From Geosiphon pyriformis uo1 (lineage: Eukaryota; Fungi; Glomeromycota): a stretch of 64,000 bases of DNA. Shown here one piece after another: positions 24,590-38,289 of this stretch (position 1 is the stretch's first letter; every line of letters starts with the position of its first letter). The stretch lies in NCBI GenBank assembly GCA_016748015.1, contig JAAOMT010000672.1:381094-445093 (forward strand). Reading direction: 5' to 3'. The notes under the pieces were generated by a model. The model saw only the letters and a program-made list of their open reading frames with translations. It was not told where the DNA came from and ran no database searches. A program made the position numbers and the translations under genes.

Positions 24590-26480
24590 GTGACTACAAA
24601 AAAAAACCGTTTCCACGGACAAGAAAAATTCCGCTTGGTCGCTACTTTCGTTTCTTCATTACAGAAAAGGAGTCGAAATTTCACATACGACAAAGCAAAG
24701 GAGCATCGGCTGTACAAGAGTGCTCTGGATTTGTTATCTGAAGACGATCATGCTCGAAGATGTCTTCTTAATTATGAAGCTAAGTATTACCACTTGAAGT
24801 ATGAGGTGGGCGGGTTCAAGGACTAGAATACGTTCCGGTCCCGGGACAATTACGTGACGTATTGACAACCCTCGAGTAGCCTACTGACTTCGTCTTGGCG
24901 GGTGAGAGTGGACTTCGTCTTCCCTCGGGCGTTCTTGAATAGACTTATGTTATTGCCATAACGCAACTTGATGGCTTCGTCCTGTTAGGTTGTCAGACCT
25001 CGTCTCGTGTTATGGTCTGCTCCCTTAATTTTTGTATTTTGGAGGATATCAGATTGGGTTCAAAAATTTTATCTTCTTCGTACACTAATGTTTATTTTTC
25101 TGATTAAAAAGAATGAGCGAACTTCCACATGGGTAGAAGTTTTTTGGAGCTCGATCAACGAAAATCTACGATATTGAAATCAAAAGCGTGGAGGTTAGTT
25201 TCGTAACTTTTTTTGTCTTGTGCGGTTATAACATGCACTGGCGTTGTCAATAAAATGGCAGTCATGCGATCTCAAAGGAACATCTATGCTAGTGATCGTT
25301 GCGGTTTTGGCTTTCTGAGCCAACATTTTGGGGGCATTTAAAACCTTGTGCGTTATAATATGCCCTGACGTTGTCAATAAAATAGCTTTATTGTGATCTT
25401 CGATTGCGAATTTTGCCAAACAAAGAAATTACTGGTTTTTTTTCATTACGAATAGAACAATTATGACCTGACCGTGGCCACCGAGGTGACCCAGCAGATG
25501 ACGACATGTGTAAAATCTACCACGGGCAGAGTTGCAAAGCGTTATTCAGACAGCCTTGAACCAAATTCTTCGAAACGCTTAGCAAGGGTTGGCATGTGCT
25601 ATCACATGTATTCAAAATATGCGATTTTTTGCTTAACAAGTTCACTTTCCTTCTGGATACCCAGGACTCAACCAGTGAACCGATAGAAGACACTGCTAAT
25701 AACCCGTTTTTGGTATTTGATAAGGATGAGGTGGTGAAAAAGCATGACAGTAATGCCGCAACGAAGTGAGTTACCTTCTGTTTCATTTAGGCTAAGATCA
25801 TGTTAGAGAAGCTGATTGCAATGTTGGATATACGACTGGGGAATATTTGCTTCCTCTAACAATAAAGGCAGACTCTGGACCCTACATTACAACAGTATTC
25901 AGGTGTCATGCAGCAATGGAAAATGCTGCGAGATGACAACAGTCCAGCAGAAAGAGCCTTTAATTTCTGGTTCGGGAGGTAATGATAATCCGCTTCATGA
26001 AAACAATATTTCCTTCATATTGGTTCAAGTTAGGGACATTGCCCAAAAATACCCGCAATCTTGACATGTAATTTTGACATCATTGCCTTTCCATCACGTA
26101 GTGCTCGAAACAGAGTTCATCTATCTATGATAAAAAATATTTTGAATACTCTAAAACGAGATTGAAGGCACGATAACGAAGGAGGAATTTTTCTAATCCA
26201 GTTCGATATTTTCTACCAATCTATGCATCTTTGTCTTTCACGTATCAATGGATAAACGTAGACTTGTTATCGCATTCGCGTCTGAGCCCATGGTTATCGG
26301 GCAGCTGCAGGCATTATGAATGATTCAAAATACCTCTAAAAAAGTTCCTTGAATAGCACTAAGAGAAGGAGCAGTTGAAGCAGGATTGGGATCATGTGTT
26401 AAGTAGCAAAGCGACCAGTACTACAAATGAAAACAAGTATCTGTCTCTGCTTAAGCTACATTAGCCAAGAGTTTTTCTTT
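24590..26480 (+). pseudogene. Decayed gene remnant, family unassigned
   Basis: GC-richer, CpG-retaining segment with exon-like pieces (FTYDKAKEHRLYKSAL..ARRCLLNYE; ag|NNYDLTVATEVTQQMTT..KR; DTANNPFLVFD) that do not join into an intact ORF. Confidence 0.45.
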
Positions 26481-26913
26481 GTAGTCTGTCGATTAAAGTT
26501 CATTCTCAATGTTTGTTAAACACCAGGGTGAGAGCCAATATATTTAAGGTCTTCGAAGTATAGGAGCGTTTCACCCATTGGGAAATATCGCTCTACGATT
26601 TTTTTGAAAATCAACCCTTGATTGTATTACCTTAATAAATCCATGTGCCCGAAATGCTAAAATTTTTTCGTTTCAATTGAACCAGAAAAACGAATATTTT
26701 AATCATATCGATCGATAAAAATTGCACAACTGGCCAGTGGGCCTTCAAACTCTGAAGCCAAGATTTTCTACTATAGATCTTGGGCGCAAAATTATAATAA
26801 ATGAACGCTGATTTTTTTTTATTGTGGAATTTTACATCTATTAACGAGATTGAATGACTTGTCACCAATTTTCTATTAACCTCCGCATATTTATTTGATT
26901 TGGTTCCCATTTT

Positions 26914-29900
26914 TTATGCTACCGGGCCTTCCCAGAAAAGTTGGGTTTGAACAATTTGAACAAAAGGTTCCTGCAAACAAGGTAACACCTGCAACTCTGG
27001 CACTGGTGGCATTTTGAGTTTACCATGACTATAATTGACCATTCGAGTGTGCGTTCCACTATTACCATCAAATGATGAGCTAGATGAGCTACGAATACTC
27101 GAACTATCGCTGTCATCAGCATTTAGTTTAATGGTATCTTCTACACCCTTTTCGTCTTCAAAATCTTCATCGTTAGTTAAAGTTACTTCTTCAAAATTTT
27201 CTGGTACCTCAGACATACTTTCTAACTCCTTGTTCATTATTTTCATGATTGCTGAGTTGCTATCGTCAATGGTACTATCTTGTCCTCCCATGAAGTTCTT
27301 TAAATAATCCAAATGACGCTTTTTGCGTAGTGTGTGCCACTCCATTAATCTTTCCAAATCCGTAAACAATTGGGTGTGAGCATCTTCAGTCTTCAGATGC
27401 TGGTTCACTAAATTGTCCAAATTTAATTTCTCATTTGGGCCTTTGCGTAAAAAGTCAATAATGTTTTGCATCCAGTCAAGTATCGACGCAAATAGACTTG
27501 TGGAGTCATGGGAGTAGATTGAGTGAACGAAAGCGTAGAATGGTTGCATATGCCGATGTACAAGTGAGATGAAAGTCTGAACAATTGATTGAACCGGATC
27601 AATTTCCATGAGTTCTTTTTTCTCGGCTTCCTCTACAACTTTGATCAAATCATCAACAAAATTTGATAAATCTGGTAGTGAATCTCCAATGTTCGCGGCC
27701 TTGTATATTCGAGCCAGAGGTTCGTAAAATATGGTGATGATATCTTTGAGCAAGTTGCCCGTTACACCTTGAAATACAACTTCAATCATCATTTCCTTAT
27801 CCCTTTGTCGAACATAAAGTAAGTAGAGTTTCTTGAGGATATCCAAATTATTACGCCTGCAGCCCTTATCAACTTTCAAGGATTCCAATATAGTAGTTAT
27901 ATATTCCGCTTGTAATTGCGGTTCAAGTGCATCGGTATGCAAAATTGCCCGAACTAATGTCCTTATGCCTATTAAATAAAATTTTGACACCTTAAAATAT
28001 CTGGGAATTTAAAAAATCTCACGTGTGATTAGATGAAATTTACTCGGGCTACCTTCATCATCCGCCTCCTTTCTGATCACTTGTTGAATGTCTTCCGCTG
28101 CATAAACAAAATTTCTAATTTTTTGACAAACCTTTTCCTCGTTGATTTTTGTTTTCAATTCAATAATTTCTTTTTGAAGTTCCTTAATTTCTTCATTGAA
28201 ATTGACAGAGAGCATTCTACCATAGAAAAGTATAAAAAACTCAATATACTATAGAATATTATTAGGTAAAGCTCACAAGAATTTTTACATACCTTTGTAC
28301 CAAGCTGGTGCTTCCAAAAGGTTGGGCTAAAAATAAATTCAGGAATGCTTTCATTAAAGCCATAGGGTTTGATATTTTTAGGATCCCACGAAGTGTTTTG
28401 TAAGGCATAAGGCCGTGAATACGTTTCAACTGGGTAAATGTGTCAGTGCTATTATCTGAACCGATAAACAAATGATATAATGTTGAAGCGAAGCTAGTTT
28501 ATAGGGAATGAATATATTTTGATGGATTAAGGCCAGTTAATTTGCTTTGAAATGAGATGATTCGAACAATCGCACCCACCTTATTTCGCCCCATTCAATT
28601 AGCTTTTGATAAGATATAGGTAGTTCAGATATCTGGGAAGTTTCTTTCATCGTTTCAGCCAGCTTTGAAAGTCCACCTATTCGCGTCGAAAAAGATCAGG
28701 CATAATATATATAAAATCCTTGATGATTTGAGTTTAAGACTTTTAAAACTTTTGAATACCTTGTTCTAATAGCCCTTTTTTAAATGCTTCAACTTGTTCC
28801 TCCAATTCTTTAGCCATTTTTGCTGCCTCTACATTAAAATAGCTTTGCCGTTCCATTCTGAGCTCGTCAAGCTTTAGCCGCTTTTCAATATCTTTCTGTT
28901 CCTCTGCCGTCAATTCGACAGGGTTTTGCGTCAAGAATGCTTTGACATGTTTGTTTTTGGAGACTGCCGGAATAGACAGTAGGGCTCGCAAATACGCACG
29001 CAAATTCAATCGATTTTTTTCACAAAATAGGGATAATTTTCGGTCATTGATCTTATTTGGTACAGATGGAATATCAAGGTCGGGAAATTCTTCTTTGAGC
29101 TATATAGCGAGAATTAAGAAATTATCTAAGTGAGATTAAAATTTAAGTTATGAATGAAATATCTGGTACGGAAAGTACAAAACCTCATATTGATGAGAGT
29201 ACCTTTGTAGCAAGGGCCCGAAACTGTTTATGTCGTCGCATGATAGCTATTATTTTATCACTGTTTTGTTGTCGTGTATGAATGACATACGCCTTTTAGC
29301 AAAGATTCGAAGTTGAGAATATGGTATTACATAAATAAGTTAATTGAACTTATAAATTCAACTATAAGATCCTTACCACATGAATGTTGTCACGCAAATG
29401 CCGCTTCTCCACAATAGTTTTCACAGTGACAATGTTAAACTCCCAGCCATTCACAACCAAATTTTGAAACGTTTTGGGCTCTTTTATTTGATCCTCAATT
29501 TGTTCGTTTTCATGGTCGAAATCAACTATAATGCTTTCATCCTTTCCAGCTGTTGTCTTCAACGCAGCATTTAATAATAATGTTAAATTCGTAACAATTC
29601 TCACTGTCATTTGTCGCCTTTTTGTAGTTTCTTCTCGGGATGATGTTCCACTAATATTTTTAGCATGGAATTCATGCAAGAATTCTTGAACTTTTTTCCA
29701 GAATTCTTGTTGAGTATTAGAGAGAAACGGGAAGGTAGTCACAAAGCGAGAGAAAATGAATTTTAAAAAAGGAGTTTCTGTTGAGGAAAGAGATTCGGAA
29801 AAATTATTTTTTTCTTCCTCAGAAAGGAGATTGGGTTTTGATAAAGATAAAAGCCCCAAATTTGACAATGAGTTTGGTTTCCGCAAAATTGCAAGCTCTT

Positions 29901-30048
29901 TTTGAATTTGACGCGTTATCAACTCTTTTTTCAAGTAGTGTGCTTGAAGTGGTGTTAATTGTGAGCTAGCCTAGAAAAAAATGTAAATAGGATATTTTCA
30001 AAATCTGTGAATCTTAAACGCAATAAATGCAACATTAATATTTACCAT
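26914..30048 (-). CDS. LEC1: PX-associated (PXB) + PX + DUF3818 domain protein, yeast Lec1/YPR097W-like; 8 exons, ~847 aa
   Basis: Hand-spliced GT-AG model: 30048-30046, 29970-29377, 29292-29203, 29099-28760, 28676-28580, 28493-28293, 28216-28053, 27968-26914 = 2544 nt, in frame. Family motifs LTPLQAHYLKKELI, PFLKFIFSRFVTTFPFL, PX RRHKQFRAL..LKEEFP, EKNRLNLRAYLRALL, LKRIHGLMPY, FLAQPFG, IITIFYEPLARIYKAANI. The exon 7 donor could instead be at 28043. Confidence 0.9.
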
Positions 30049-31799
30049 ATTAGATGGTGAAAAAGGTGAAGAATGTGAGGCAATAGGTTCAAAGTTCCAG
30101 AATTGAAAAATGTAAATTTGCAAAGGCTAGATTTTTTCCATCAGGTATATATAATTTTTGAATAATGATACAAGCATGATTACCCCACATATCGCTCGTT
30201 TCTTGGCTTGTTTGTGTGTGTGAATTGATTGATAATCATTTATATTTTCATGTTTTCCCGCCCCCGTTATCCAAATGATCCAAGTATGATGACTGGTATT
30301 GATATTATGAATTTGGTGCGGTATGATGATTTAAAAAGCCAAGACAAAGATGATCGACCAAATTAAAAAATGAGGTTTCTTGAAATTCAAAGTCACCAAT
30401 GTATCCAAAAATAGATTTCTAATAATACCGGGAAAAGCTTGTTCAGACTGTGACATCATTATTTGTTATTGTTGACATCAATTTCAGGAAACTGCCTATT
30501 AATAATAATACCCACAATTTCTCAAAACGCTCTAGCGCAAAAGAAAAAAGAGGATCTCGAGCGACAAAGCAGCTCCTCTCTCGATTTACATTTACAAATT
30601 CCTTGGGTCAGGTATCAATTTCAAACGAACGAGACATAAAACCCTATTGAACGAACAAGCTGCGGAATGATCTCGGAAGTTTGTGGTATGGTTAGTATTG
30701 ACTATTATCAATGACGAGATTTGTGTTTGATTGCAGAAGAAACATGAAATTCATTTTATTTAAAACTTAGTTGAAAGCAAAATAAAAGTCAATTATAAAA
30801 ATCACTTTCTAAATTGTGAATATTGAGAATTAATGCAATTTTATGAATTCTATTTTCGTCAACGATTTGTAATTATAATGAATTCTACGTTGAAATCTTG
30901 TGTTTAATAAATATTTAAGAGGATTTTAATTATTTTCCTCAAAAAGATTACCCGAGTTTTCAAAACAAAAATTTTATTTCCCACTATAATTAAGTTTATG
31001 AATATAGCCAATCGGTTCTCAACTTACACCTTTTTTCAGTGCTCATTACGGATTTAAGAGATTCCCGAACTGAGAACGTTATTAAATGAACTTAATAAGG
31101 CAAATTTTCTTAGCCATAGAAATAATCAATAAAAGTTTGAATCGATATTTTTGCGAGAACGATAATTAAAAGTTTAAAAATTCACAATTATCATTCAATC
31201 AAAAAATGTCTTTAAAAAAAAGATTGTTCTGGAAAATGCGACAGATTTTTTTAAATTTTAGTTTTAAATTTAGGAAGTTAAGCAAAAACAAATCCTTGCT
31301 GCGGTTAACAGGAAATTTTCAAATTAGCCCCTATGTGTGCTCCAATTAATAATTGATCCTTTATTAATAATACATTAAGGTAACGATGATGAATTAATGG
31401 GATATCGTTAACTAAAATTATTTTACCAGGAGGTTTAAGATATATTATCTATTAATAAACATTGGGAGCATGCTTATTTTTACATATTTTGCAATACTTT
31501 TGATTGAGTATTTAGCTTCACATTTTTCCTTAAATCATTTCTTTACTTCATGAAAATAATTGGTTTTAAACTAATTGAAATGATTAAACTCTGCGAAACC
31601 CAAGCTAATGGTTCTTTTCATTTGATCCTGGCGTCCATGAAAGCATTTTCCGGACAGTTTTTTATGTAATTTTCTTGACTTGGGATTCACTAATCCCAAC
31701 ACTTTGAAGATGAGTTGGCAATAAAAATAAGGCTTTTTTTTGTAACCCAAGACTTTTGGATTAAATAAAATAGGTATTTATTAATCCAAAAAAACAAGT

Positions 31800-33170
31800 A
31801 CAAGTACAGATAGCATTGTAATTAAAAACCTAGAATTCTTAAAATTTTGCAATTATAATTATATTTTATCTCTTAGTCTTGTAGATCTTATATCCACAAT
31901 TAAAGCAATTAATTTTTTTTCTAATATAACTAAAAAAGCAACTTAGATAATTCTTTTAATATAAAAACAGCTAGAAAAAATGGTTTCAAGATATTTTTCT
32001 TAAATAATATAGATTTAAAGTAGCTTTTGGTTATTTTAAAAGCATCATTTTCTTTTTTAACTAAAAAATTTTTTTAAAATTATTTAAATTATCAGTTTTA
32101 TATTTTTTAAGAATTTAAAATCTATTATTATTATTATTATTTTAGAACCAGTTTCTTTTTTTTAAAAAAAAATAAACCTTTAATTTTTTTACTTATTTTT
32201 GGTTTTTTATGAATTCTATTTTGCCAAGTTTAATTATACTAATTAAATTAAATTTAGCTATAAACAATAAAATCTATTTTAATTAGATAACAACAGCAAC
32301 AATATATTTGTTAAAATAAATACAAATTAGTATTTAGCTGTACTGTTTAATATAATTATTTTTAGTAATTATTTTTTATCAAAAAAACAAAACAAATTAT
32401 GCTTTAATATGTACTTTTCTTTAATTAACAAATATTATTATATATTTTAAAAATTGAATTAATGTTATAAAAACTAAAACAACAATTTGTTACATCTTTT
32501 AATATTGTATTTGATAATTTATTACTAAATGTTAAAAAAAAGTTAAATAAATAATTTTTGTTTGGTATTTAATATTTTCTTAAAAATTAAATTAAATTAT
32601 GTAAAATCTGCATTAAAAAAAGGGTATTATTTTAAAAAATGTGATTAAAACCAAGTTAGTTAATTTTTTTTTAACTGTACAATTTATAAAGTTAATAATA
32701 TAATTGGCCAAATCTATAATCAAGCTTGTTTTTATTTTTTAGGTACTTTATTCTAATTATTGTCAAAAATATACAATTTTAACTTTTATAATACAAAAAA
32801 CCTCAATACTAAAAGTATTAAAGCCAATACATTGAAAAAAAAACCAGATTTGATAGCTGGTGCAGATAATGTTTGGATTTGTTAATAATATGACCAACAT
32901 AATTAATGTTTTTGTGAAATGTTTTGGAAATATAACAAGCAAGTTAAGAAAGTTTGAATAAGTTTTTTGAAGTTGAAAAAAATTGGAATAATTTTTTTAA
33001 AAAAAGAGCAGCAATTTAAATAGATTGAGTTTTAACCACTAAAAATTTTTGATTGCAATTATTATAATCAATGATAACTCTTAGTTTTTAAAAAAAATTT
33101 TATTGAAATTATAAAAATATTATTTAATTATATGGCAAGTTTAATTTTAATTTTTTTAATCTGTCACTAT
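31800..33170. repeat. AT-eroded TE remnant
   Basis: Abrupt loss of CpG. atacaaaaaacctcaatactaaaagtattaaa (~32791) resembles atacaaaaaaactcaatattaaaagtaataaa (~53503). Confidence 0.45.
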
Positions 33171-35293
33171 ACCTTTTCAAACGCAATAATTTAGATACAA
33201 TCTGCAAATGAGAGAAAAAAATAAAAAATATGAAGTTTTGCGATCGAGTATTAATTTATAGGTCACTCGACTGATAAAATGAATAATCTATTCAATAATG
33301 AATCCTTTATTTCCCAAGAGTTTGACATTTAGTAAATTGAAGGGTTATTAGTATTAAATTAAAATTTTCTTTCACTTTCACTTTCACTTTTTCTTTTTCT
33401 TTTTCTTTTCATTCTCACTTATTTTTTAATATAGAATTCAGAAAATTAAAAAATTTTCTTAAAGGTTTTTGTCCTTCTCTTTTGAATGATAAAATTACAT
33501 TTTTATTTGAAATTTTTTAGATAGTGTATTTTAATTATGTTATGATTCACAGAAGTTTCGTCTACGTTTTCGTCTTAAATTATTTAAAAGAATTAAAAGT
33601 TTTTACCGAGAAAATTAAAACATAAACAAAAGTTAATGATATGATTAAATTAAACTTTATATTGATGCTTTTAGTTTCCCTTCCCATGACGAATTGTGAA
33701 ATCATTTTTTTTTTCATTTTTTTTTTTTCGAAATTTCTACGCACAATTTTTTTATTTCACACGCTTGACCCTATATTCCGTAGAAAAAAAAAAATGAAAA
33801 ATATATACATTGTATATAAATCAACCATTATACCTCCCAATAGGCGTTTTTTTTTAGAATACCATTGTTAAATGCATATCCATTTTTGGTAAAGAAGGGC
33901 ATTTGAAAACGGTGAGTTTTACAAAAAACTATAAATTGAGGAAAATAAGGTTCATTAATTATTTCGCCTAAAAATTTGAGTGTGATAAAAATAAAAATGT
34001 CAGGGCTTTGATCGTAACATTTGATTGCATAAATTCACATGAAATGTTTTATTTTGTATAAAATTCTCGTGTAATCATATAATATTAGGAAAAAGATGAA
34101 CAAACTACTAAAAAGATTCGAGATTAAGCAAGTAACAAAGACAAGACAAGAAAAGAAAAGAAAATGATGTTTTTCAAAATCCATTATTTTTAATATCATC
34201 TGTCAGACGATTTTTATTTGTCTGTGCGTGAAACTCTTTCCCTGTCATTGTTTTTTATTTTTAGGAGTATCGTGGGAATTTCATTCTTTTTTAATATTAT
34301 AAAAAAATATCATTTTCTTTACTTATTTTATTCATAGTAGAAAGAATGAAAAACATAATATTATAATTTCAAAAAAGGTTTTTACTTATAATGCCTATAC
34401 AATTTACTTTGGGATTCGCGATTTGATCTTTCCCATCGGAGGTTTTATCCCAATTTAGAATCGAAATCTCCGACATGGACTTTTTGATCCTCATTTTTAA
34501 TTTCGACTAATATTAAATCTTATTTTTTGGGAAACTTAATTCATAAATGATCTATGCCTTTCAAAAAGTTTCATCATTCCTCTCTCGAAGATCCAAGTAT
34601 TAATTAAAAGCTATTGAAAACCGTTGGGGGTGACAATCAATCAAAAATGTTGTTATCTCTCTCTCTCTTTCTCTTTCTCTCTTCTCTCTTCTCTCTTCTC
34701 TCAATAGCTACAAATTGGACAATTTTTTAAATTTTGACAATTAAGATTTAAGTCAACAATAAAAGTGGATTGTGTTCCAAAGTCAGTGGGTAAAATGTTA
34801 AACCACACGTGGTGTGATTCAATTGCCTAAAACCTAACCTTCATTCTTTATCATTCTTTATCATTGACCCTGATATAAACACTCAAGAAGATTAGAGAAA
34901 AAGTTTCACAGAAAATATAAAGAATACACCATATTTTACTTTGTGACATATTAACTTACCGAATAGGTATATTATTATAATTGTGTGTGTGTAAAAAACA
35001 GTTTTAATCAGAAAGTATGTTTGAAAATCGAATTTATACAAAAGAGCTATATGTGAACAGGACAATAATAAGAAAAATTTCAAAAAAATTCGAATAGTGA
35101 TTTGAAACTTTATTAATTCAATTTTTAGTCATATCTCCAGGACAGGTTTTTTTTGAGAATTTTTATTTTCAACAAAATGCTTAAGGTATATTTTCAATTT
35201 TATCATTATCTCGACCCATAATTCTTCTAAAGATTTCCTATAAAGAGATGAAAATTATCCCCAAGGATCTTTACTGATAAGCTTCAATGAAAT

Positions 35294-35381
35294 TAGAATA
35301 GAATAGAATAGAATAGAATAGAATAGAATAGAATAGAATAGAATAGAATAGAATAGAATAGAATAGAATAGAAAAGAATAG
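35294..35381 (+). repeat. (AATAG)n microsatellite
   Basis: Direct reading of the sequence. Confidence 0.95.
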
Positions 35382-37502
35382 AAATTATATTCGTTCCACA
35401 AATCAATATTAAAAAACAAAAACTTCGATCTAAAGAAATAGAAGATTCTTCCATGTTTAAAAATCTTAAAAAAAAATATGTATATAATCTAATTGCCTTG
35501 TCAGATCATTGAGAAAAACCTTAAACCTAGTGAAACTAAAATCTAAAACTTGAAAAAAATGCCGTTTGACAAATATTACATTTTTCAAATCATCAAAATC
35601 TGAACTTTCATAGTAATTTGATGATCGGAAATTTTTTTTCATGTCACGATTGCAGGTCAAAAAATAAGAAAGTATTTTTTTCTTATATTAGAAAGATCAC
35701 AAAAACAAAATTTCGCATCCCTTAAATATCGTGTTTTTTTTAACGTTCCGAATCCTTTATTGATTCAGGCAGGGAATTTTGTGAAATAAAAATTCCCCAA
35801 GATTAAGTTTGGGACTGATTTGTAATATCAGGCAATCTGAAGCCTAAAAGGTTTTATCAGGAAAAGTGAGACCACAAAATTTGTATTCAGTTTTTTTGTC
35901 GAAAAAAAAAAATCTAGATTATTGATTTGCCATGTTTTTTTTCTGGGCGTTGGTGTACCAAAATTCCTAATATGCATATATATACTTGAATTCGTTATCA
36001 TTCCAAATGAAAATCTGGATTTCATGTTAAGGAAATTTCAATTGGTTGGAAAATTTTTTTTCCGTGAGATGATTCTTTTCAATATGTATTTTTTTCGTAG
36101 CTCATAAATTTTTAATTATGATATCAGTTTAATAAATATTTATTTCGCAAAAATCTGTGATCTTCATGTATGTCTCTAGTTCTGAATACCGAAAAAACTG
36201 TTGGTTGAAAAAAACTTAAGATCAACGGATAAACATAGTTTCAGCCTTTTTAAATGAAATCTATAAATATGTACTCCGATTAGTTTATATAATTAGGTTT
36301 TTTGGCATTTAATCAAATGAAAATTGTGGCGCAAGAAAATTGGCATAACACGATTAACGCCACAAAATTTGTGATTGATTACCATCAATTCCGAATTCTT
36401 TGTCTCCTTTTTTTTTTGTTGAATTGTATGACCAAAGTTATAAAATATGTGGACTAACTAGAAAGTCAATAAACCAAGAGTTTAAGGCTTGAAACACTAC
36501 TTCGATTTCTTAAAGAGGAACATCTGATTCGTAATGACTTTCCCGGGTCACTTTTTATGGGTATGGCTGAAATCACATGAAATAGAAACACGGAAACTTA
36601 ATAATAAGCACGACCGGTGACTATCCAAGGAACGCTATGACGTTTCTCATGTGATCATTTAATATGTCCTTTCATTGAATGATACAAAACTAAATAGGAA
36701 TTATAATCAATTTATTTGAAGAGATGAAACAAAAACCAACAAAGAAAAACGATTTTGAAACGAAATTTTTTTTTTTGACCATCAATGCCTTTAATTTTAC
36801 TTTACTCTTGTTCTAACTGATCATCAAAAAGAAAATTTCATCATGAAAAAAAGTGTCTCTTATTGTACACCGAAAAAGAATCTTTTTCATTGTCACTCAC
36901 TGAACATCAAAAATTCTTTTCCTTTGCGAATTTTTTACCGGGATACCATCCTGTCTCAGCCAGAGAAACAGATATAAATTTTTAAAATATAAAAATTTGA
37001 TTCATCAAAAATAAATTTTATCTAGCGCTTTTTTTAGTGTAACATAATAACCACGCCTCGGTATTTCTATCTTTTTTGAACACAAAAAATCAAAATAAGC
37101 AGGCAAAACGGAAGCTAATGTACTTCAAAAAGTGGGCCAGATGACTTACAATACAGATATCACGCCGCATTCTATACTATGAGTTCAGAACACAAAACGC
37201 GTACACAGACAAAGCAGCGGAACAAGAATCATCATCATCATCACCATCATTATGATCAACAATTAAATTGATCAAGATTTCAATTGATAGGCTTTTCAAT
37301 TAAATAACGTTTGTGTGCTTTTTATATATATATTCTGTGGTATTTATTATTTTAGTTTATATGCTATTACCAAAATAAAAAATTATAAATCAATAAATCA
37401 ATAAATTAAAACTAATTGATAAATAAAAAAAACCTATCACAATTATATGGTTGATCAACAATTTATTTATTTGGATTATATCAATTGCTATGATTAATCA
37501 AA

Positions 37503-37509
37503 TATAAAA
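37503..37509 (+). promoter_or_regulatory. Candidate TATA box of paralogue A
   Basis: TATAAAA about 145 nt upstream of ATG 37651. Confidence 0.5.
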
Positions 37510-37650
37510 TGACTTGCTCTGCCCTAAAATTTTTCATTTTTTTTTTACTTCCTCATGAATTCAAGTAGAAATCATTAAATTCAAAAGTTTCTACAAATCA
37601 TTATTTCCCGGAAAAAAAATTCCATTTTCAGAAACTCTCAAAATTTTAAA

Positions 37651-37981
37651 ATGTCTGCAAAATTCTATTCCGTATGGTACGAACAAAGTGTCTGTAAACG
37701 AAATAACAAGAAAAATGTTTCTAGCTATTTCCCAAACAATATTGCTGCTACGACACTTTCTGGCGAAATCTTAACAACAGCTCAAGTTACAGTCATGGCT
37801 TTACAAGACAGACACATTTACAATCTTGAATTTAAACCATCAGACGTTTTACCGGCTTCTCCTGCAAGAAAGCCACAAACCCTGAGCAACTACAACGATA
37901 GCGACAACTATTATTCTCATTCTCGTCTTAATAGCTATGCTAGTACAAATACTAATTATTCAGTATCAAATTCGACCACTG

Positions 37982-38032
<51 letters not shown>

Positions 38033-38289
38033 CATCATACCGAAATTGCTCCCCACGAGAAGGAGGATTTCGAGACGGTAGAGCAACAGCTAGAGGATTT
38101 AGAAATCATACACGAACAATTAGCACAGAATCTGATACTGGTTCGTCGATTTCCAGTCTAAGCGAATTATCAGAGATCTCTTTATGGGAAGACTGGATTG
38201 TAAAATTTATCAATGAGGACTCCAATGTTGCAAATCTTTTGGATTGTGAAGATTCTTTAGAAGAATGGATTTTCGATACAACATCATGA
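37651..38289 (+). CDS. Intronless Ser-rich hypothetical protein, 212 aa (paralogue A)
   Basis: Intact ORF with aaaATGtct context. Blocks FYSxWYExSVCK, LTxAQVTV, YNLEF, SRLN, SLWxDWIVKFIN and SLEEWIF are shared with 47016-47588, which supports coding selection. Confidence 0.88.

Noticed and set aside
32840-32900. PDLIAGADNVW as a Tc1/mariner PDLNPIENVW motif with TIRs at ~31815 and ~33050
   Set aside because: Spacing and residues do not fit, and only ~14 bp of inverted similarity exists.
33641-36107. Short F/I/K-rich ORFs in the ORF track (also 39414-39734, 42527-42739, 55471-56572)
   Set aside because: Composition reflects AT-rich background, with no motifs or splice structure.
37937-38161. 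Poly-His ORF overlapping paralogue A (and poly-Gln/His ORF 47246-47446 overlapping B)
   Set aside because: These are alternative-frame readings of (TCA)n/(ACA)n tracts; the conserved blocks are in the Ser-rich frame.
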